A DNA stretch of 64,000 nt from IMG/VR virus record IMGVR_UViG_3300021440_000021, positions 612 through 64,611 of that record; one strand, written 5' to 3'. Both the position numbers and the translations under genes were made by a program. Numbering within the stretch: the first letter of the stretch is position 1; every line of letters starts with the position of its first letter. The stretch comes from a virus (Duplodnaviria; Caudoviricetes). The notes beneath the pieces were generated by a model. The model was not told the origin of the DNA. It made no database searches and saw only the letters and a program-made list of their open reading frames with translations. Positions 1 through 10,485 of the stretch are shown here, piece by piece.

Positions 1-24
1 TCACTAAAGGGGTGGACTTCGTTG

Positions 25-378
25 ATGACGAATACAGAGAAGCTTAATGAGTGGGATCAACCTATTCTCATTTCTGCTAAACCTAATGGTGGTCCTGCTG
101 ATTACTATGATTTTCCTTCCAATGCCAACACTTTAAATGATCTGTTGGAATATAAGGGGGATAAAGATTGGAAAGGGGATAGTTTCCACCTAGCTAATAT
201 TGTCAAAGCTGCTTGGAGGTGGGGTATTAAGTCTGGTGTAGACAAACCTTACGATGCTCGTAAGTTTATCTATTCTGGTGCCCGTCTCTTATTGAAATAT
301 GCTGGTGTCGAAGAGACTCGTCGCACCTTACAGCAAATGCTTGATGATAAACAATTCAAGGAGAAATACAATAGTTAA
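25..378 (+). CDS. conserved phage protein, DUF3310-like
   Basis: GGPADYYDF...SFHLANIVKAAWRWG pattern resembles DUF3310-type phage proteins. Confidence 0.45.
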   Translation: MTNTEKLNEWDQPILISAKPNGGPADYYDFPSNANTLNDLLEYKGDKDWKGDSFHLANIVKAAWRWGIKSGVDKPYDARKFIYSGARLLLKYAGVEETRRTLQQMLDDKQFKEKYNS

Positions 379-1144
379 AATTCTCATCTTAGACATTGAG
401 ACAGCCCCTAAACTCTCTTATGTTTGGCGTTTCTGGAAAGAAAACATTTCAGCCAAGCAAGTTAAAGAGCATGGGCATATCATGTCTTTTGCAGCTAAGT
501 GGTTAAACGAAGGGGTGATCTTCTATGAAGAAAACCGAAAAGAGAACGACAGAAAAATTATCAACAAGCTTTGTGAATTTTTAGACCAAGCTGATATTGT
601 CGTAGCTCATAACGGTGAAGCGTTTGACCTTAGACAAATCAGGGCAAGGGCTGTGGTTCATGGTATCACCCCTCCCTCTCCTGTAAAGATCGTTGACACG
701 TTAAAGATTGCTCGTAATGAATTTGGATTTCCTTCCAACTCACTTGAATACCTCTCTGATGTCTTAAAGCTTAAGACTAAGAAAGGTGGACATAAAAAGT
801 TTCCGGGATTTGAGCTTTGGCTTGAATGTCTTCGTGGTAATGACGAAGCTTGGAGAGAGATGAAAGAATACAACATTCGAGACATCTTAGCTCTTGAAGA
901 ACTCTACCTTCGTCTTCGTCCTTGGGACACTAAGCATCCTAATATTGCTATTTACGAACCTGAAGCTCAGAGTGAGGTTGTATGCCCTAAATGTGGTAGT
1001 GTCCATGTTCAGTGGCGTGGCTTTGCCCACACCAGTGTAGGTAAGTTCCACCGTTATCAATGTAACAATTGTGGTGGCTGGGGGCGCACCCGTTACAGCA
1101 TTCTCAAAAAGAATGAAAACATTCTAACGAATGTTGTAAATTAA
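371..1144 (+). CDS. RNase H-fold/DnaQ-like 3'-5' exonuclease with C-terminal zinc ribbon
   Basis: ILDIETAP, VAHNGEAFD, YNIRDI exonuclease motifs; CPKCGS...CNNCG; likely start is ATA at 371 after AAGGAG (ORF track starts at 299). Confidence 0.8.
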   Translation: MVKILILDIETAPKLSYVWRFWKENISAKQVKEHGHIMSFAAKWLNEGVIFYEENRKENDRKIINKLCEFLDQADIVVAHNGEAFDLRQIRARAVVHGITPPSPVKIVDTLKIARNEFGFPSNSLEYLSDVLKLKTKKGGHKKFPGFELWLECLRGNDEAWREMKEYNIRDILALEELYLRLRPWDTKHPNIAIYEPEAQSEVVCPKCGSVHVQWRGFAHTSVGKFHRYQCNNCGGWGRTRYSILKKNENILTNVVN

Positions 1145-1347
1145 TGGGCATCATCATTGTAATCGTATTGATTGCAATGTTGTTAAGAGGGATATTTCGT
1201 TGAAAAAATATAAGAAACTGAACAACGTATTGCAAAGATATAACGGGCTTGTGGCCCGTTATAAAGGAGAGAGAAGCAAAGAAAATCAAGCTCTGCTTGA
1301 GGAAGCTTTTCAAGATTTGAGACAAGCAGCTAATGAGGTGCTGGACA

Positions 1348-2010
1348 ATGAAAATCGAAGCTAAGTTAATTGCTCTCACTCAACCAATCATCCCTGTCCC
1401 CTCCGATAACACGGAGGGGCTTATTGCCTACTGTGCTCGTGTTAGTAACCCGGCTAATCAAGATAACGAAGATGTAGAGAAGCTCCTGTCATATTGCATT
1501 AGAAATAAACATTGGTCTATTTTTGAAATGGCTAATGCCGTAGTGGAAGTGCAAGCCCCTAGAGACATCACTCGACAGCTTCTTCGTCACAGAAGCTTCT
1601 CTTTTCAAGAGTTTAGTCAAAGGTATAGCTCTGACATTCAATTCACTGAAAGAGAGTTTAGACGCCAAGATAGAAAGAATAGACAAAATTCTGTCGATGA
1701 CCTCCCAGAGAATGTCCAAAATCTCTGTGATCATTACACAGCCTCTGTTATGAATAGTGCATCTTTTGCTTACGATGAAATGATTATCAACAATGTAGCA
1801 AAAGAATGTGCAAGAGTGGTCCTTCCCGAAGGTCTAACTATGTCTCGTCTCTATGTCAATGGCACTCTACGCTCATGGATTCACTATCTTGAAATTAGAG
1901 ATGATCCCGGAGTGACACAATGGGAACATGTCGTTATGGCCCGTAAAATTAAAGAAGTCTTGCTTCCTGCTTTTCCAATTATCTTAGGTATGCTAGATGA
2001 CAAAAACTAA
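1348..2010 (+). CDS. thyX: FAD-dependent thymidylate synthase
   Basis: HWSIFE, RQLLRHRSFSFQEFSQRY ThyX motif, KECARVVLP. Confidence 0.95.
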   Translation: MKIEAKLIALTQPIIPVPSDNTEGLIAYCARVSNPANQDNEDVEKLLSYCIRNKHWSIFEMANAVVEVQAPRDITRQLLRHRSFSFQEFSQRYSSDIQFTEREFRRQDRKNRQNSVDDLPENVQNLCDHYTASVMNSASFAYDEMIINNVAKECARVVLPEGLTMSRLYVNGTLRSWIHYLEIRDDPGVTQWEHVVMARKIKEVLLPAFPIILGMLDDKN

Positions 2011-2533
2011 TGGACAATTTGAGAAAAGGCCCAGAGATTTCTATGTAACACCAGAGAAAGCCCTCTTACCTCTTCTCCCTCATCTACCAAAAGGGTTATC
2101 TTTTTGTGAGCCTTGTGCGGGAAATGGGGAATTAGTCAACATGTTGGAAGAACATCTAGAAGCTTCTTGCTTTCTCCCTTTAGATATTGAGCCACAAGTT
2201 GATTGGGTTGTAAAGGGAGATGCAGGGGTTTTGAATGAAGAACAACTTCTATTCTGTGAATGGATCATCACCAATCCTCCGTTCACTTGGTCTGTTCTAG
2301 CCCCACTGATGAAATTGTGGATTAGCCTACGTCCTACAGCACTGTTGCTTCCAGCAGATTTTATGCACAATAAGAGGTTTGCTCCATTTTTAAATGATTG
2401 CACAGACATCATTTCTATTGGACGGGTGAAATGGATTGAAGAAAGTAAAGCCACTGGCGTAGAAAACTATTGCTGGTACATTTTTAACAAAAACAACAAA
2501 GAGGCGACAAAGTTTTATGGCAGAGATTATTAG
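1997..2533 (+). CDS. putative DNA amino-methyltransferase (N6A/N4C)
   Basis: DFYVTP, EPCAGNG SAM-binding motif, ITNPPF catalytic motif. Confidence 0.75.
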   Translation: MTKTNGQFEKRPRDFYVTPEKALLPLLPHLPKGLSFCEPCAGNGELVNMLEEHLEASCFLPLDIEPQVDWVVKGDAGVLNEEQLLFCEWIITNPPFTWSVLAPLMKLWISLRPTALLLPADFMHNKRFAPFLNDCTDIISIGRVKWIEESKATGVENYCWYIFNKNNKEATKFYGRDY

Positions 2534-2732
2534 TTTAGGTAATCTAGATGATGAAGATGAGGAATATCAGCAGTTTTTAGAAGAACTTAGAGAGGATGTT
2601 ATTCGAGCTGTCTTCATTGTAGAAAAGAAAGATGGTAATGTTTTTGTAGGCACAAACTCACGAGACAAACGGGATGTTGTCTATGATATTTTTAGGCTGC
2701 AAGAATTTTGCAGAACGTTGGTAAATCAATGA
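2517..2732 (+). CDS. hypothetical protein
   Basis: coupled ORF; weak resemblance to 40965..41186. Confidence 0.6.
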   Translation: MAEIISLGNLDDEDEEYQQFLEELREDVIRAVFIVEKKDGNVFVGTNSRDKRDVVYDIFRLQEFCRTLVNQ

Positions 2733-3151
2733 GAAATTTAACAAGAGAAGATCAAGTAAGGGAGTTTATGAATGCTATGGGGCAAGAGACAGAAGTGGCT
2801 GCCCCTTCTGCTGCATTGCTTGAGTTTAGATACACCCTTATTATTGAAGAGGTAAAAGAGCTTGGGGAAGAAATGGCTATTGCTATGGCAGAAAGCCATT
2901 TTAAAACTGGCTTATCCGCTAAGACAAAAAGTCGTTTGTTGAAAGAACTTGCTGATGTTCAATATGTTATTTCTGGACTAGCAGAAACTTTGGGACTACC
3001 TCTCCAAGAAGCTTTCAATCGTGTCCATGCTAGTAACATGAGTAAGCTTGGTGACGATGGTAAACCTGTATATCGTGCTGATGGTAAGGTTTTGAAGGGG
3101 GTTAATTATGTCCCACCTAATATGGAAGATTTATTCCCGGAGGAAGAATGA
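2729..3151 (+). CDS. MazG-like nucleoside triphosphate pyrophosphohydrolase
   Basis: LIIEEVKEL, KELADVQYV, RVHASNMSK, RADGKVLKG. Confidence 0.9.
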   Translation: MRNLTREDQVREFMNAMGQETEVAAPSAALLEFRYTLIIEEVKELGEEMAIAMAESHFKTGLSAKTKSRLLKELADVQYVISGLAETLGLPLQEAFNRVHASNMSKLGDDGKPVYRADGKVLKGVNYVPPNMEDLFPEEE

Positions 3152-3191
3152 CCAAGTTTAAAACATTAAACAAGACAAACAGGTATTTTAA

Positions 3192-4979
3192 ATGACTGAT
3201 TACGGGCCTACACTACCGATTTCACAAGAAATTCATCAAATGAAGTATAGAAGTAAAGGAGAAAGTTTTAAGGAGTCTATGATTAGGGTGGCAGATGCCC
3301 TAAAAGATGACGAAGAGCATTACAAAGCTCTTAAAGAAATTCTTCTTGATATGCGCTTTCTACCTGCTGGCCGTGTTCAGTCTGCTATTGGTTCTCCTCG
3401 TGTTGTAACAGCTTTCAACTGCTTTGTCAGCGACACTATTAAGGACTCTATGGAGTCTATTATGGCTGTAGCTACGCAAGCAGCAGAGACTATGAGACTT
3501 GGTGGTGGCATTGGTTATGACTTCTCCACCCTACGACCTCGTGGTGCCCTTATCAAGAGCCTAGACACACGTTCTAGTGGGCCTATTGCCTTCATGGACA
3601 TCTATGATGCCATCTGTAAGACTATTGCCTCTGCTGGCCATCGTAGAGGCGCTCAGATGGGTGTTCTTCGTGTTGATCACCCAGACATCGAGGAGTTTAT
3701 TAGGGCAAAGACTAACAGTGATAGACTGACACAATTCAACATCTCTGTTGGCATCACTGATGAGTTTATGGATGCTGTATTAGAAAACAAGATGTTTGAC
3801 CTTCGTTTTGAAGGGGTTGTCTATAAACGAGTGAGTGCTGTTGCTTTGTGGAATGAAATTCTTCGTTCTACATGGGATTGGGCTGAACCGGGGGTTCTCT
3901 TCTTAGACACGATTAATAAGAAGAATAACCTACATTATTGTGAGACCATTGCAGCCACGAATCCTTGTGGGGAACAGCCTCTTCCTCCTCATGGAGCCTG
4001 CCTCCTTGGTTCTATGAACCTAACCAAATACATCAATCCACATATTGTTAATAATGAAGATATTAATAGAGGATTTGATGAACAAGATGGCTGGGAATTT
4101 GACTATGGATTGTTTGTAGACGATGTTCGTCATATCGTCAGAGCAATGGATAATGTCATTGATGTTACAGTGTACCCACTAAAAGAACAAGAGAAGGAAG
4201 CTAAAAGCAAACGTCGTATGGGTCTTGGCCTCACAGGTGTGGCCAACACAGGAGAAATCCTTGGATATTCTTATGCCTCACCATCGTTTAAAAAATGGCT
4301 TGAAGAAGTTATGATGGTGTTTAGAGATGAAGTGTATTATGCCTCTATTGAACTGGCTAAAGAAAAAGGAGCTTTCCCCCTTTTTGACACTGAGTTTTTA
4401 AATTCTGGTTTTGCTAAAACCCTGCCAGAAGACCTTCGTGATGCTATTCGTGTTCATGGCATTCGTAATAGTCATCTTCTTTCTATTGCCCCCACAGGAA
4501 CTATTAGCTTATCTGCTGACAATATCTCTTCTGGTATTGAGCCTGTGTTCTCTCATGGCTACGACAGGACCATTCAAACATTTGATGGTCCTAAAGTTGA
4601 GCGTGTAGAAGATTATGCCTATCGTGTCTATGGAGTTAGGGGCAGAACTGCTGATGAAACCCCTGTGCAAGACCATGTAGCTGTCCTCACCCTTGCTAGT
4701 AAATATATTGACTCAGCTTGTTCTAAAACTTGTAATGTTGGAGCCGATGTTACATGGGAGGAGTTTAAAGATGTCTATATGCAAGCTTGGCTTGGTGGGG
4801 CCTCTGGCTGCACTACATTTAGAGCAGCAGGTAAACGTTATGGCATTCTTAACGCCTCTGCTGTAGAAGATGTGGCTGTAGAGGAAGTTAAGGAGGAAGA
4901 CACCTTCGTTGATGAAAAGGATGTCATTGGTGGTGCTTGCTATTTTGATGTTGCAACAGGAAGACGCCACTGTGAATAA
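3192..4979 (+). CDS. nrdJ: class II (adenosylcobalamin-dependent) ribonucleotide reductase
   Basis: FNCFV, RRGAQMG, ATNPCGEQPL, SIAPTGT; no NrdB gene in window. Confidence 0.9.
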   Translation: MTDYGPTLPISQEIHQMKYRSKGESFKESMIRVADALKDDEEHYKALKEILLDMRFLPAGRVQSAIGSPRVVTAFNCFVSDTIKDSMESIMAVATQAAETMRLGGGIGYDFSTLRPRGALIKSLDTRSSGPIAFMDIYDAICKTIASAGHRRGAQMGVLRVDHPDIEEFIRAKTNSDRLTQFNISVGITDEFMDAVLENKMFDLRFEGVVYKRVSAVALWNEILRSTWDWAEPGVLFLDTINKKNNLHYCETIAATNPCGEQPLPPHGACLLGSMNLTKYINPHIVNNEDINRGFDEQDGWEFDYGLFVDDVRHIVRAMDNVIDVTVYPLKEQEKEAKSKRRMGLGLTGVANTGEILGYSYASPSFKKWLEEVMMVFRDEVYYASIELAKEKGAFPLFDTEFLNSGFAKTLPEDLRDAIRVHGIRNSHLLSIAPTGTISLSADNISSGIEPVFSHGYDRTIQTFDGPKVERVEDYAYRVYGVRGRTADETPVQDHVAVLTLASKYIDSACSKTCNVGADVTWEEFKDVYMQAWLGGASGCTTFRAAGKRYGILNASAVEDVAVEEVKEEDTFVDEKDVIGGACYFDVATGRRHCE

Positions 4980-5130
4980 TTGTTGTGTGTCGTGATGTCT
5001 TGGTACACAATTCAAGTGTTTGAAGATGATAAACGAAAAGAATCTTCTGTGCTTAATGTCTACGGAGAGCCTTTCGTCATTGAACATAAAACATTATTTG
5101 GTTTTGATTTAACACCTAAGAAAGAAACAG

Positions 5131-5823
5131 ATGGAAAAACCGAGAGGAAAACGCATCACTCGTTACCGCAATTCTGAAGAAGAAGGAATTGGACGAGTTG
5201 TAAGTTTGCAAGCCCTTAATGAAAATCAAAAGGCTTATATGAAAGCATTGAAATCTGCTGAACAGATTTTAGTGTTTGGTTTCTCTGGAACTGGTAAGAC
5301 ATACATTGCAGCCACAGAAGCTGCCAACCTCTATTCACAAAAGAGAATTGATAAGATTGTAATTACCAGACCTAATGTTTCTGTAGGTAAAGACCTTGGT
5401 GCTCTTCCGGGAACGAAGGATGAGAAGTTTGCCCCTTGGGCTGCTCCTGTTCTAGATGTCTTGGAGGAGCACCTTGGTAAAGGTGTTGTAGAGACAGCTA
5501 TCAAGAACGGAAATATTGAGATGGCTCCGTTGACAATGATGCGTGGCCGTTCATTCCATGATGCCTTCATCATCCTAGATGAAGCTCAAAACTGTTCCGT
5601 AGCAGAAATCAAAATGTTTATTACCAGAATTGGAGAAAATTGCAAGACGGTTATCAATGGTGACATTAAACAATCTGACATCAAAATGGAATCAGGACTT
5701 TCAAAGCTTCTGGAACTTGTTGAGAAACACAATCTTCCAGTTCCTGTCATCGAGTTTGGTGTTGACGACATTGTTCGTGGTGACTTGTGTAAGCAATGGA
5801 TCATGGCCTTTGAAGGGCAATAG
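5131..5823 (+). CDS. phoH: PhoH family ATPase
   Basis: GFSGTGKT, MRGRSF, ILDEAQN, GDIKQSD. Confidence 0.95.
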   Translation: MEKPRGKRITRYRNSEEEGIGRVVSLQALNENQKAYMKALKSAEQILVFGFSGTGKTYIAATEAANLYSQKRIDKIVITRPNVSVGKDLGALPGTKDEKFAPWAAPVLDVLEEHLGKGVVETAIKNGNIEMAPLTMMRGRSFHDAFIILDEAQNCSVAEIKMFITRIGENCKTVINGDIKQSDIKMESGLSKLLELVEKHNLPVPVIEFGVDDIVRGDLCKQWIMAFEGQ

Positions 5824-5825
5824 AT

Positions 5826-5867
5826 AAAAAGAAAGGGGGCACAGACGTAATGTCTGGCCCCCTTTTT
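5826..5867. terminator. bidirectional rho-independent terminator where the two arms converge
   Basis: aaagggggc-a-cagac-gtaat-gtctg-gcccccttt stem with A-tract on the left and T-tract on the right, between convergent phoH and the 5870 ORF. Confidence 0.85.
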
Positions 5868-5869
5868 CA

Positions 5870-8800
5870 TTAGTTATTTTCAAATCTACCCTTCATGAGC
5901 TTTTCATTCAGCTTCACCCACTCTTGGATTTGTTGAATCTCATAAAGAGACATATCTTCTACAGGATGGTTAATCCCCAAAGACTTCTTCGCTTCAATAA
6001 TGTCATTAGGTGAAAGCACAGAGAGCTTGTTTCTCTGATATGCCAACCTATCTGCTTCGTCCCCAATCAACCCAGAATTAAGGCTGGTTTGAACCTCCGT
6101 CCTTGCATAACTGAGCATCTTATCAACCATCTTTGCCTTTTGTGTTTTAGACCCATTGATAAACATAGGGTCTGCAAGCATGGCTTTTGCTTTTCTGTCT
6201 AAGATGGGGAAGATGGCTCTATTGACAAAGTCATCATATTCAGGATCAGAAGTGAAGCTGTCCATCCTAAATGGAGGTTTATCCACCATACCTAATAGAG
6301 TGTTGATAGAAGTTCTTGTTTGTTCGTATGGGGTTCCAAGAGAAGCCATAACAGGATTACCAGATTTGATGTCCCCGTATTGAGTGGCAGACCTCTTTGG
6401 CTCACCAAACATACGTTTTCCATTTGCATCGGGTTGTCCAAGGATTAAGCTGAAGAAATTGTTTGTGTAACGAGAAGCTTGTTCGATAACAGCATCAAGA
6501 CCTTGAGCCTGTCGTTTATCAATAGCAGCCGTATTCACAACCCCTTTAGCATCCAGATAAGCCCCTGCAAGATCATTTAAAGGATCAAAAGGACGGGTTA
6601 AGCCACTGGCAATACCACCCAAACTCTCAACGACCTTACCAATCAAATCTGTAGCTACAGAACCATCTGTGTCTTCTTCAGTTTGCATATATTGGCCAAG
6701 AGCCTTTACAAACTCAAAACTACCAGCATCTTTTAGCGCAGAGGGAACAGCAAGCTGTCTCCCAAGATCAAGCCAAACTTGCTTGTCCAAGGGTTCACCC
6801 TTAAACTTGGCAGCAAGCATACGCCCCATAATATTATAAAGACCCAGAGGAAACATGTTGTCCACACGTTGGACACTACCATCTGCATCTCGTTCTTCAT
6901 ACCACTGAAGACCTTCCTCCTGCTTTTTTGCCTCACGGATAGTGGTGAGGCCAAGTGCAGTGGAGCCAATAATGGCGCGAGACAGCTTCTCCCCAATATC
7001 TAATCCACGTTCACCAGCCATAATCTTAGAGACAGATTCTACAAGTCCAAAGGGACTGTGTCTCCAAGTGAAGGCCAACATACTATTTACAAACTGACCG
7101 AAAGGCCAGATAAAGCCAACAGCAGCATTGTGAGAAAGTTCTTGAGACTGTTTTGCTAATTGAGTGATACCAAGATTTTTTCTCCAACCACCCATTTTTC
7201 CAAATGTTTCGGAGAATGTGTCTTGTTGTAGCATTTTAGTGGCATGATCCCACATATCATCTGTAATCTCATGCACCATATTTTTATTTACAACCTCATC
7301 AATACCCATACCAAGATGAAGTCTTGTTTGCTTATCAAGTTCACTTAATCCAGAGATAGCTTTTGTCATAACATCTTGAGCATGAACGAAGGAAATCTGT
7401 TGTGCTCTCTTCAGATAATGCTCTGTAGCCCTGATACCAACCCTTTCAGGGTTGACACCAAAATCTTTAGGACTTTTATTCATTTCCACCCCTTGGAAGA
7501 AGTGGTGATGAATGTCTCTCTGAATATTCTTAGGGGCATTATCAACAAGATCACTAAACCCCTTCACTGTTGTAAACGGGTCTACAGCAATCCTCGTCAT
7601 ATACTTCATGTTTTTCCAAAGGGCATTAGCCTGTCCAATAGAAAGGTCTCCACCTTCCATATTAAACATTCTTTTAGCCTTACCAAGCCCATAAAGAGAA
7701 GCCATTTGTAGAGCTTGAGAGGGCACCTTAATCGCCTGCATAACTCCCCAACCTTTGATGTTGGTAATAGATGTAGCAGGAGTGGAGATCAAAGCCCTTT
7801 TCCAAACAGTTTGCCAATACTTTAAGGTTTCTTTGTCAACAGCCTCTTTCTCAATATTACCTCCAAGACCGTCTATAAGACCTTTGGAGGCTTGTTTATT
7901 TGAGATAGTTACGTTTTGGAAGGCGTCCATAAACTTAGAGGCATCAGACAGCCCCTTAAAGTTTTGGCCTGATTGACGGGCAACATGTGCAAAAACTTCG
8001 GTGACTTGAGAGAATGTAACTCCAAAAGGCTCAAAAGCGGTGTCAATTTCTTTTCTTGCTTCATCATCCATACCTTCTGCAAATCTAACCAAACTTTCAG
8101 AGAAGCTATTGGCATCCTCTGCTCTAATATCTGCCCCATTTTTTTGAAGCATGGTGATAAAACTGTTTGGGTCATTTTTATTGGTGAACCAATTGAACAC
8201 AGCTTGACGAAGCTCTGGGTTCTTTGCCAGCTCTTCTCCATCATTGGCCATCTTAATCCAATCCACTTGATTTTGGATTAATTGTCTTTGGATGTCCTTA
8301 GCCACTTTCTTTCCAGCACTAGAAGCTCTAGCTTTTCTGGCAATGTTAATCTTCTCGCCAGCTCCTTCTAATCCAGTAGCACCCTTAATAGGTTTAAAGT
8401 GGATGGAGGAGGGAATGGAAGCCAATCCCCCACCAAGCAATGTCCCAACAATATTTTCAGCATAGCTAAAATCGTGTTGAGCACCAGCTTCCATCATAGT
8501 GTTTTGATAAAGAACATCTTGGACAGATGATAAAGCAGCACTAGAAGCGAAGTTTAGGGCAAGAGCTTTTTTTGCACTAACTTTTGCAGCAGCTTTTACC
8601 ACCTCTGCATTAGCTGTTTTAATGGCGGCTTTACTTGCCCCTTTAGCAGCAAGTTCTCCTGTAACATTTTTAACAGCTTGTTCAGCGAGAAGTTTAATCC
8701 CCTCTTTTGAAGCTGCTGTAGCAGCCCTGCTACTAAAAATCTTACCAATTCCAAAACCAATGTATGTAGTGGGGTCTGACACTAACCCAGAAACATAGTC

Positions 8801-9298
8801 TTTTGTGGCATTAAGAAAACCGCCAAAACCTTCGCTGGAAGCCGCATTACCAATCTGATCATAAAGCTTATATGCCTCTCCATATTTAACCTTATCTTCG
8901 TCTTTAGCCCCATATACGTCGATTGCTTCCTTAGCTGTATAGGCAGCATTAGAATTAAACCAACGCATATGGGTCATATAAGCATCATAAGCCTCTTCGT
9001 CTGTCTTCACATCCGTGCGTCCATATGTAGGATCGGGCTTATTTGAGTAGATAGAGTCAGCAGTTGTAGACATGAAGTCACGAATGATCTTCACTTTGTT
9101 AGGGTCAGCTAAAACTTGTTCTTTAGTAAGGTAGTCAGTGGGAGCAGCTTGTTTTTTAGCTTCCAGATCAGCCATAACGAGGTTAATAGGATTAACTAAT
9201 TTAGTTCCAGCAGTTTGAGTGGGTGCTGGGGCATTTGGTCTTTCAACCCCCAATAGTTTAAACGGGTCAGTTAAAGTTTGCCCCAATCCCATTATCAA
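5870..9298 (-). CDS. large internal virion (ejection) protein
   Basis: 1142 aa, last gene of the late arm, helical Ala/Gly-rich composition typical of podovirus ejection proteins. Confidence 0.65.
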   Translation of the reverse strand: MIMGLGQTLTDPFKLLGVERPNAPAPTQTAGTKLVNPINLVMADLEAKKQAAPTDYLTKEQVLADPNKVKIIRDFMSTTADSIYSNKPDPTYGRTDVKTDEEAYDAYMTHMRWFNSNAAYTAKEAIDVYGAKDEDKVKYGEAYKLYDQIGNAASSEGFGGFLNATKDYVSGLVSDPTTYIGFGIGKIFSSRAATAASKEGIKLLAEQAVKNVTGELAAKGASKAAIKTANAEVVKAAAKVSAKKALALNFASSAALSSVQDVLYQNTMMEAGAQHDFSYAENIVGTLLGGGLASIPSSIHFKPIKGATGLEGAGEKINIARKARASSAGKKVAKDIQRQLIQNQVDWIKMANDGEELAKNPELRQAVFNWFTNKNDPNSFITMLQKNGADIRAEDANSFSESLVRFAEGMDDEARKEIDTAFEPFGVTFSQVTEVFAHVARQSGQNFKGLSDASKFMDAFQNVTISNKQASKGLIDGLGGNIEKEAVDKETLKYWQTVWKRALISTPATSITNIKGWGVMQAIKVPSQALQMASLYGLGKAKRMFNMEGGDLSIGQANALWKNMKYMTRIAVDPFTTVKGFSDLVDNAPKNIQRDIHHHFFQGVEMNKSPKDFGVNPERVGIRATEHYLKRAQQISFVHAQDVMTKAISGLSELDKQTRLHLGMGIDEVVNKNMVHEITDDMWDHATKMLQQDTFSETFGKMGGWRKNLGITQLAKQSQELSHNAAVGFIWPFGQFVNSMLAFTWRHSPFGLVESVSKIMAGERGLDIGEKLSRAIIGSTALGLTTIREAKKQEEGLQWYEERDADGSVQRVDNMFPLGLYNIMGRMLAAKFKGEPLDKQVWLDLGRQLAVPSALKDAGSFEFVKALGQYMQTEEDTDGSVATDLIGKVVESLGGIASGLTRPFDPLNDLAGAYLDAKGVVNTAAIDKRQAQGLDAVIEQASRYTNNFFSLILGQPDANGKRMFGEPKRSATQYGDIKSGNPVMASLGTPYEQTRTSINTLLGMVDKPPFRMDSFTSDPEYDDFVNRAIFPILDRKAKAMLADPMFINGSKTQKAKMVDKMLSYARTEVQTSLNSGLIGDEADRLAYQRNKLSVLSPNDIIEAKKSLGINHPVEDMSLYEIQQIQEWVKLNEKLMKGRFENN

Positions 9299-10485
9299 TC
9301 TCCATTAATCATTTTATCTCTAGCAGCAATACTAACTTGTCTAAGTTCTTCATTAGAGGTTGTGTATTCTTGCCCGTTATAGGTGTATGTGGAAGTACCA
9401 TCCCCATTATCTTTCATATCACTAAAACCAACTTGTTCCAAGATTGACTTTACAGCCAGATCAAGTGGTTCAGTGGATGTAGGGGCATTACCCGCAGCAG
9501 GCTCAGGAGGGGCTGCTACAGGGCCTGTAGGTGTTTCGGGTGGGGGAGCACCAGTCGAAGCATCATTGCCCTCTGTAGGCTCTCCTACGCTCTCTACGGA
9601 CATACTAGATGGGTCAATGTTTAACCCCTTCGCCAAAGCAATGATGTATTTACTGTTTTCACCATACTTCTGAACCAAAACTTGGAAAGCTCTAACCTTG
9701 GCTTCTTGCTCTTGTTCAGGTGTGAGTGTAGAAACACCAGCTTCATTTTTGGTGGGGGTCATCAATTTTCTCTGCGCGTCCAACTCTTCATTAAATTGCT
9801 TAGTGATCTGATCCAACTCAGAAGGTGTCGGAGGATCATCAGGAGCAACACTCTTAAGATAGTCAATATTAGGTGTTACAGAGCCACGACCATAAGGATG
9901 ATTAGGAACAACCTGATCCCCGTATTGAATAGCTTGTTCTGCTGTAAGGCCCGGAGCAACTTCTGTCGTAGCTAATTTAGCTCTGGCCTTGTCCATTTGG
10001 TTATAACCAAACATATTGGCCCAGATAGTGCCAGACGGGTTGTCCTTAAGCCCCTGCGGATCATTTTGAGCAGCAGTGACAATAGGAGAATAGAGACGAG
10101 AGAAGAACGTAGCAAAATCTTCATCAGGGGCAGAAAAATCTTTACTGAGGTTATACGCGCTACGATAGAAATTTTCATCCATTGGGACGTTTACATCAGT
10201 AGAAAGCTTAACCACCTGATTATAGAAATCACCTAACCCAGCAGGGTCTTGATCAGCCTGTTGCATAATGATGTCTCTAGGAACACCAAGTTGTGCAAGC
10301 TTATTAGCCCATGTCACACTTTCGTTGACAGCAGCATCTACACGTCTTTTATTTTGAAGGCCTGTAGTTCTGGCCATTTCCACTTGTTTGTTGAAATAGT
10401 CTCTAGCTTCTTCGTCTCTAACATCAATTCTGTCATTCAGTGCATTAAAGAAACCTGTCGCAAAATTTGCAAACTCATTAGCCAT
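9295..10485 (-). CDS. putative internal virion protein
   Basis: MANEFANFATGF N-terminus, Pro-rich linker, position. Confidence 0.55.
   Translation of the reverse strand: MANEFANFATGFFNALNDRIDVRDEEARDYFNKQVEMARTTGLQNKRRVDAAVNESVTWANKLAQLGVPRDIIMQQADQDPAGLGDFYNQVVKLSTDVNVPMDENFYRSAYNLSKDFSAPDEDFATFFSRLYSPIVTAAQNDPQGLKDNPSGTIWANMFGYNQMDKARAKLATTEVAPGLTAEQAIQYGDQVVPNHPYGRGSVTPNIDYLKSVAPDDPPTPSELDQITKQFNEELDAQRKLMTPTKNEAGVSTLTPEQEQEAKVRAFQVLVQKYGENSKYIIALAKGLNIDPSSMSVESVGEPTEGNDASTGAPPPETPTGPVAAPPEPAAGNAPTSTEPLDLAVKSILEQVGFSDMKDNGDGTSTYTYNGQEYTTSNEELRQVSIAARDKMINGD

Noticed and set aside
1348-5823. ThyX, MazG-like, class II RNR and PhoH as auxiliary metabolic genes
   Set aside because: Common in aquatic lytic phages.
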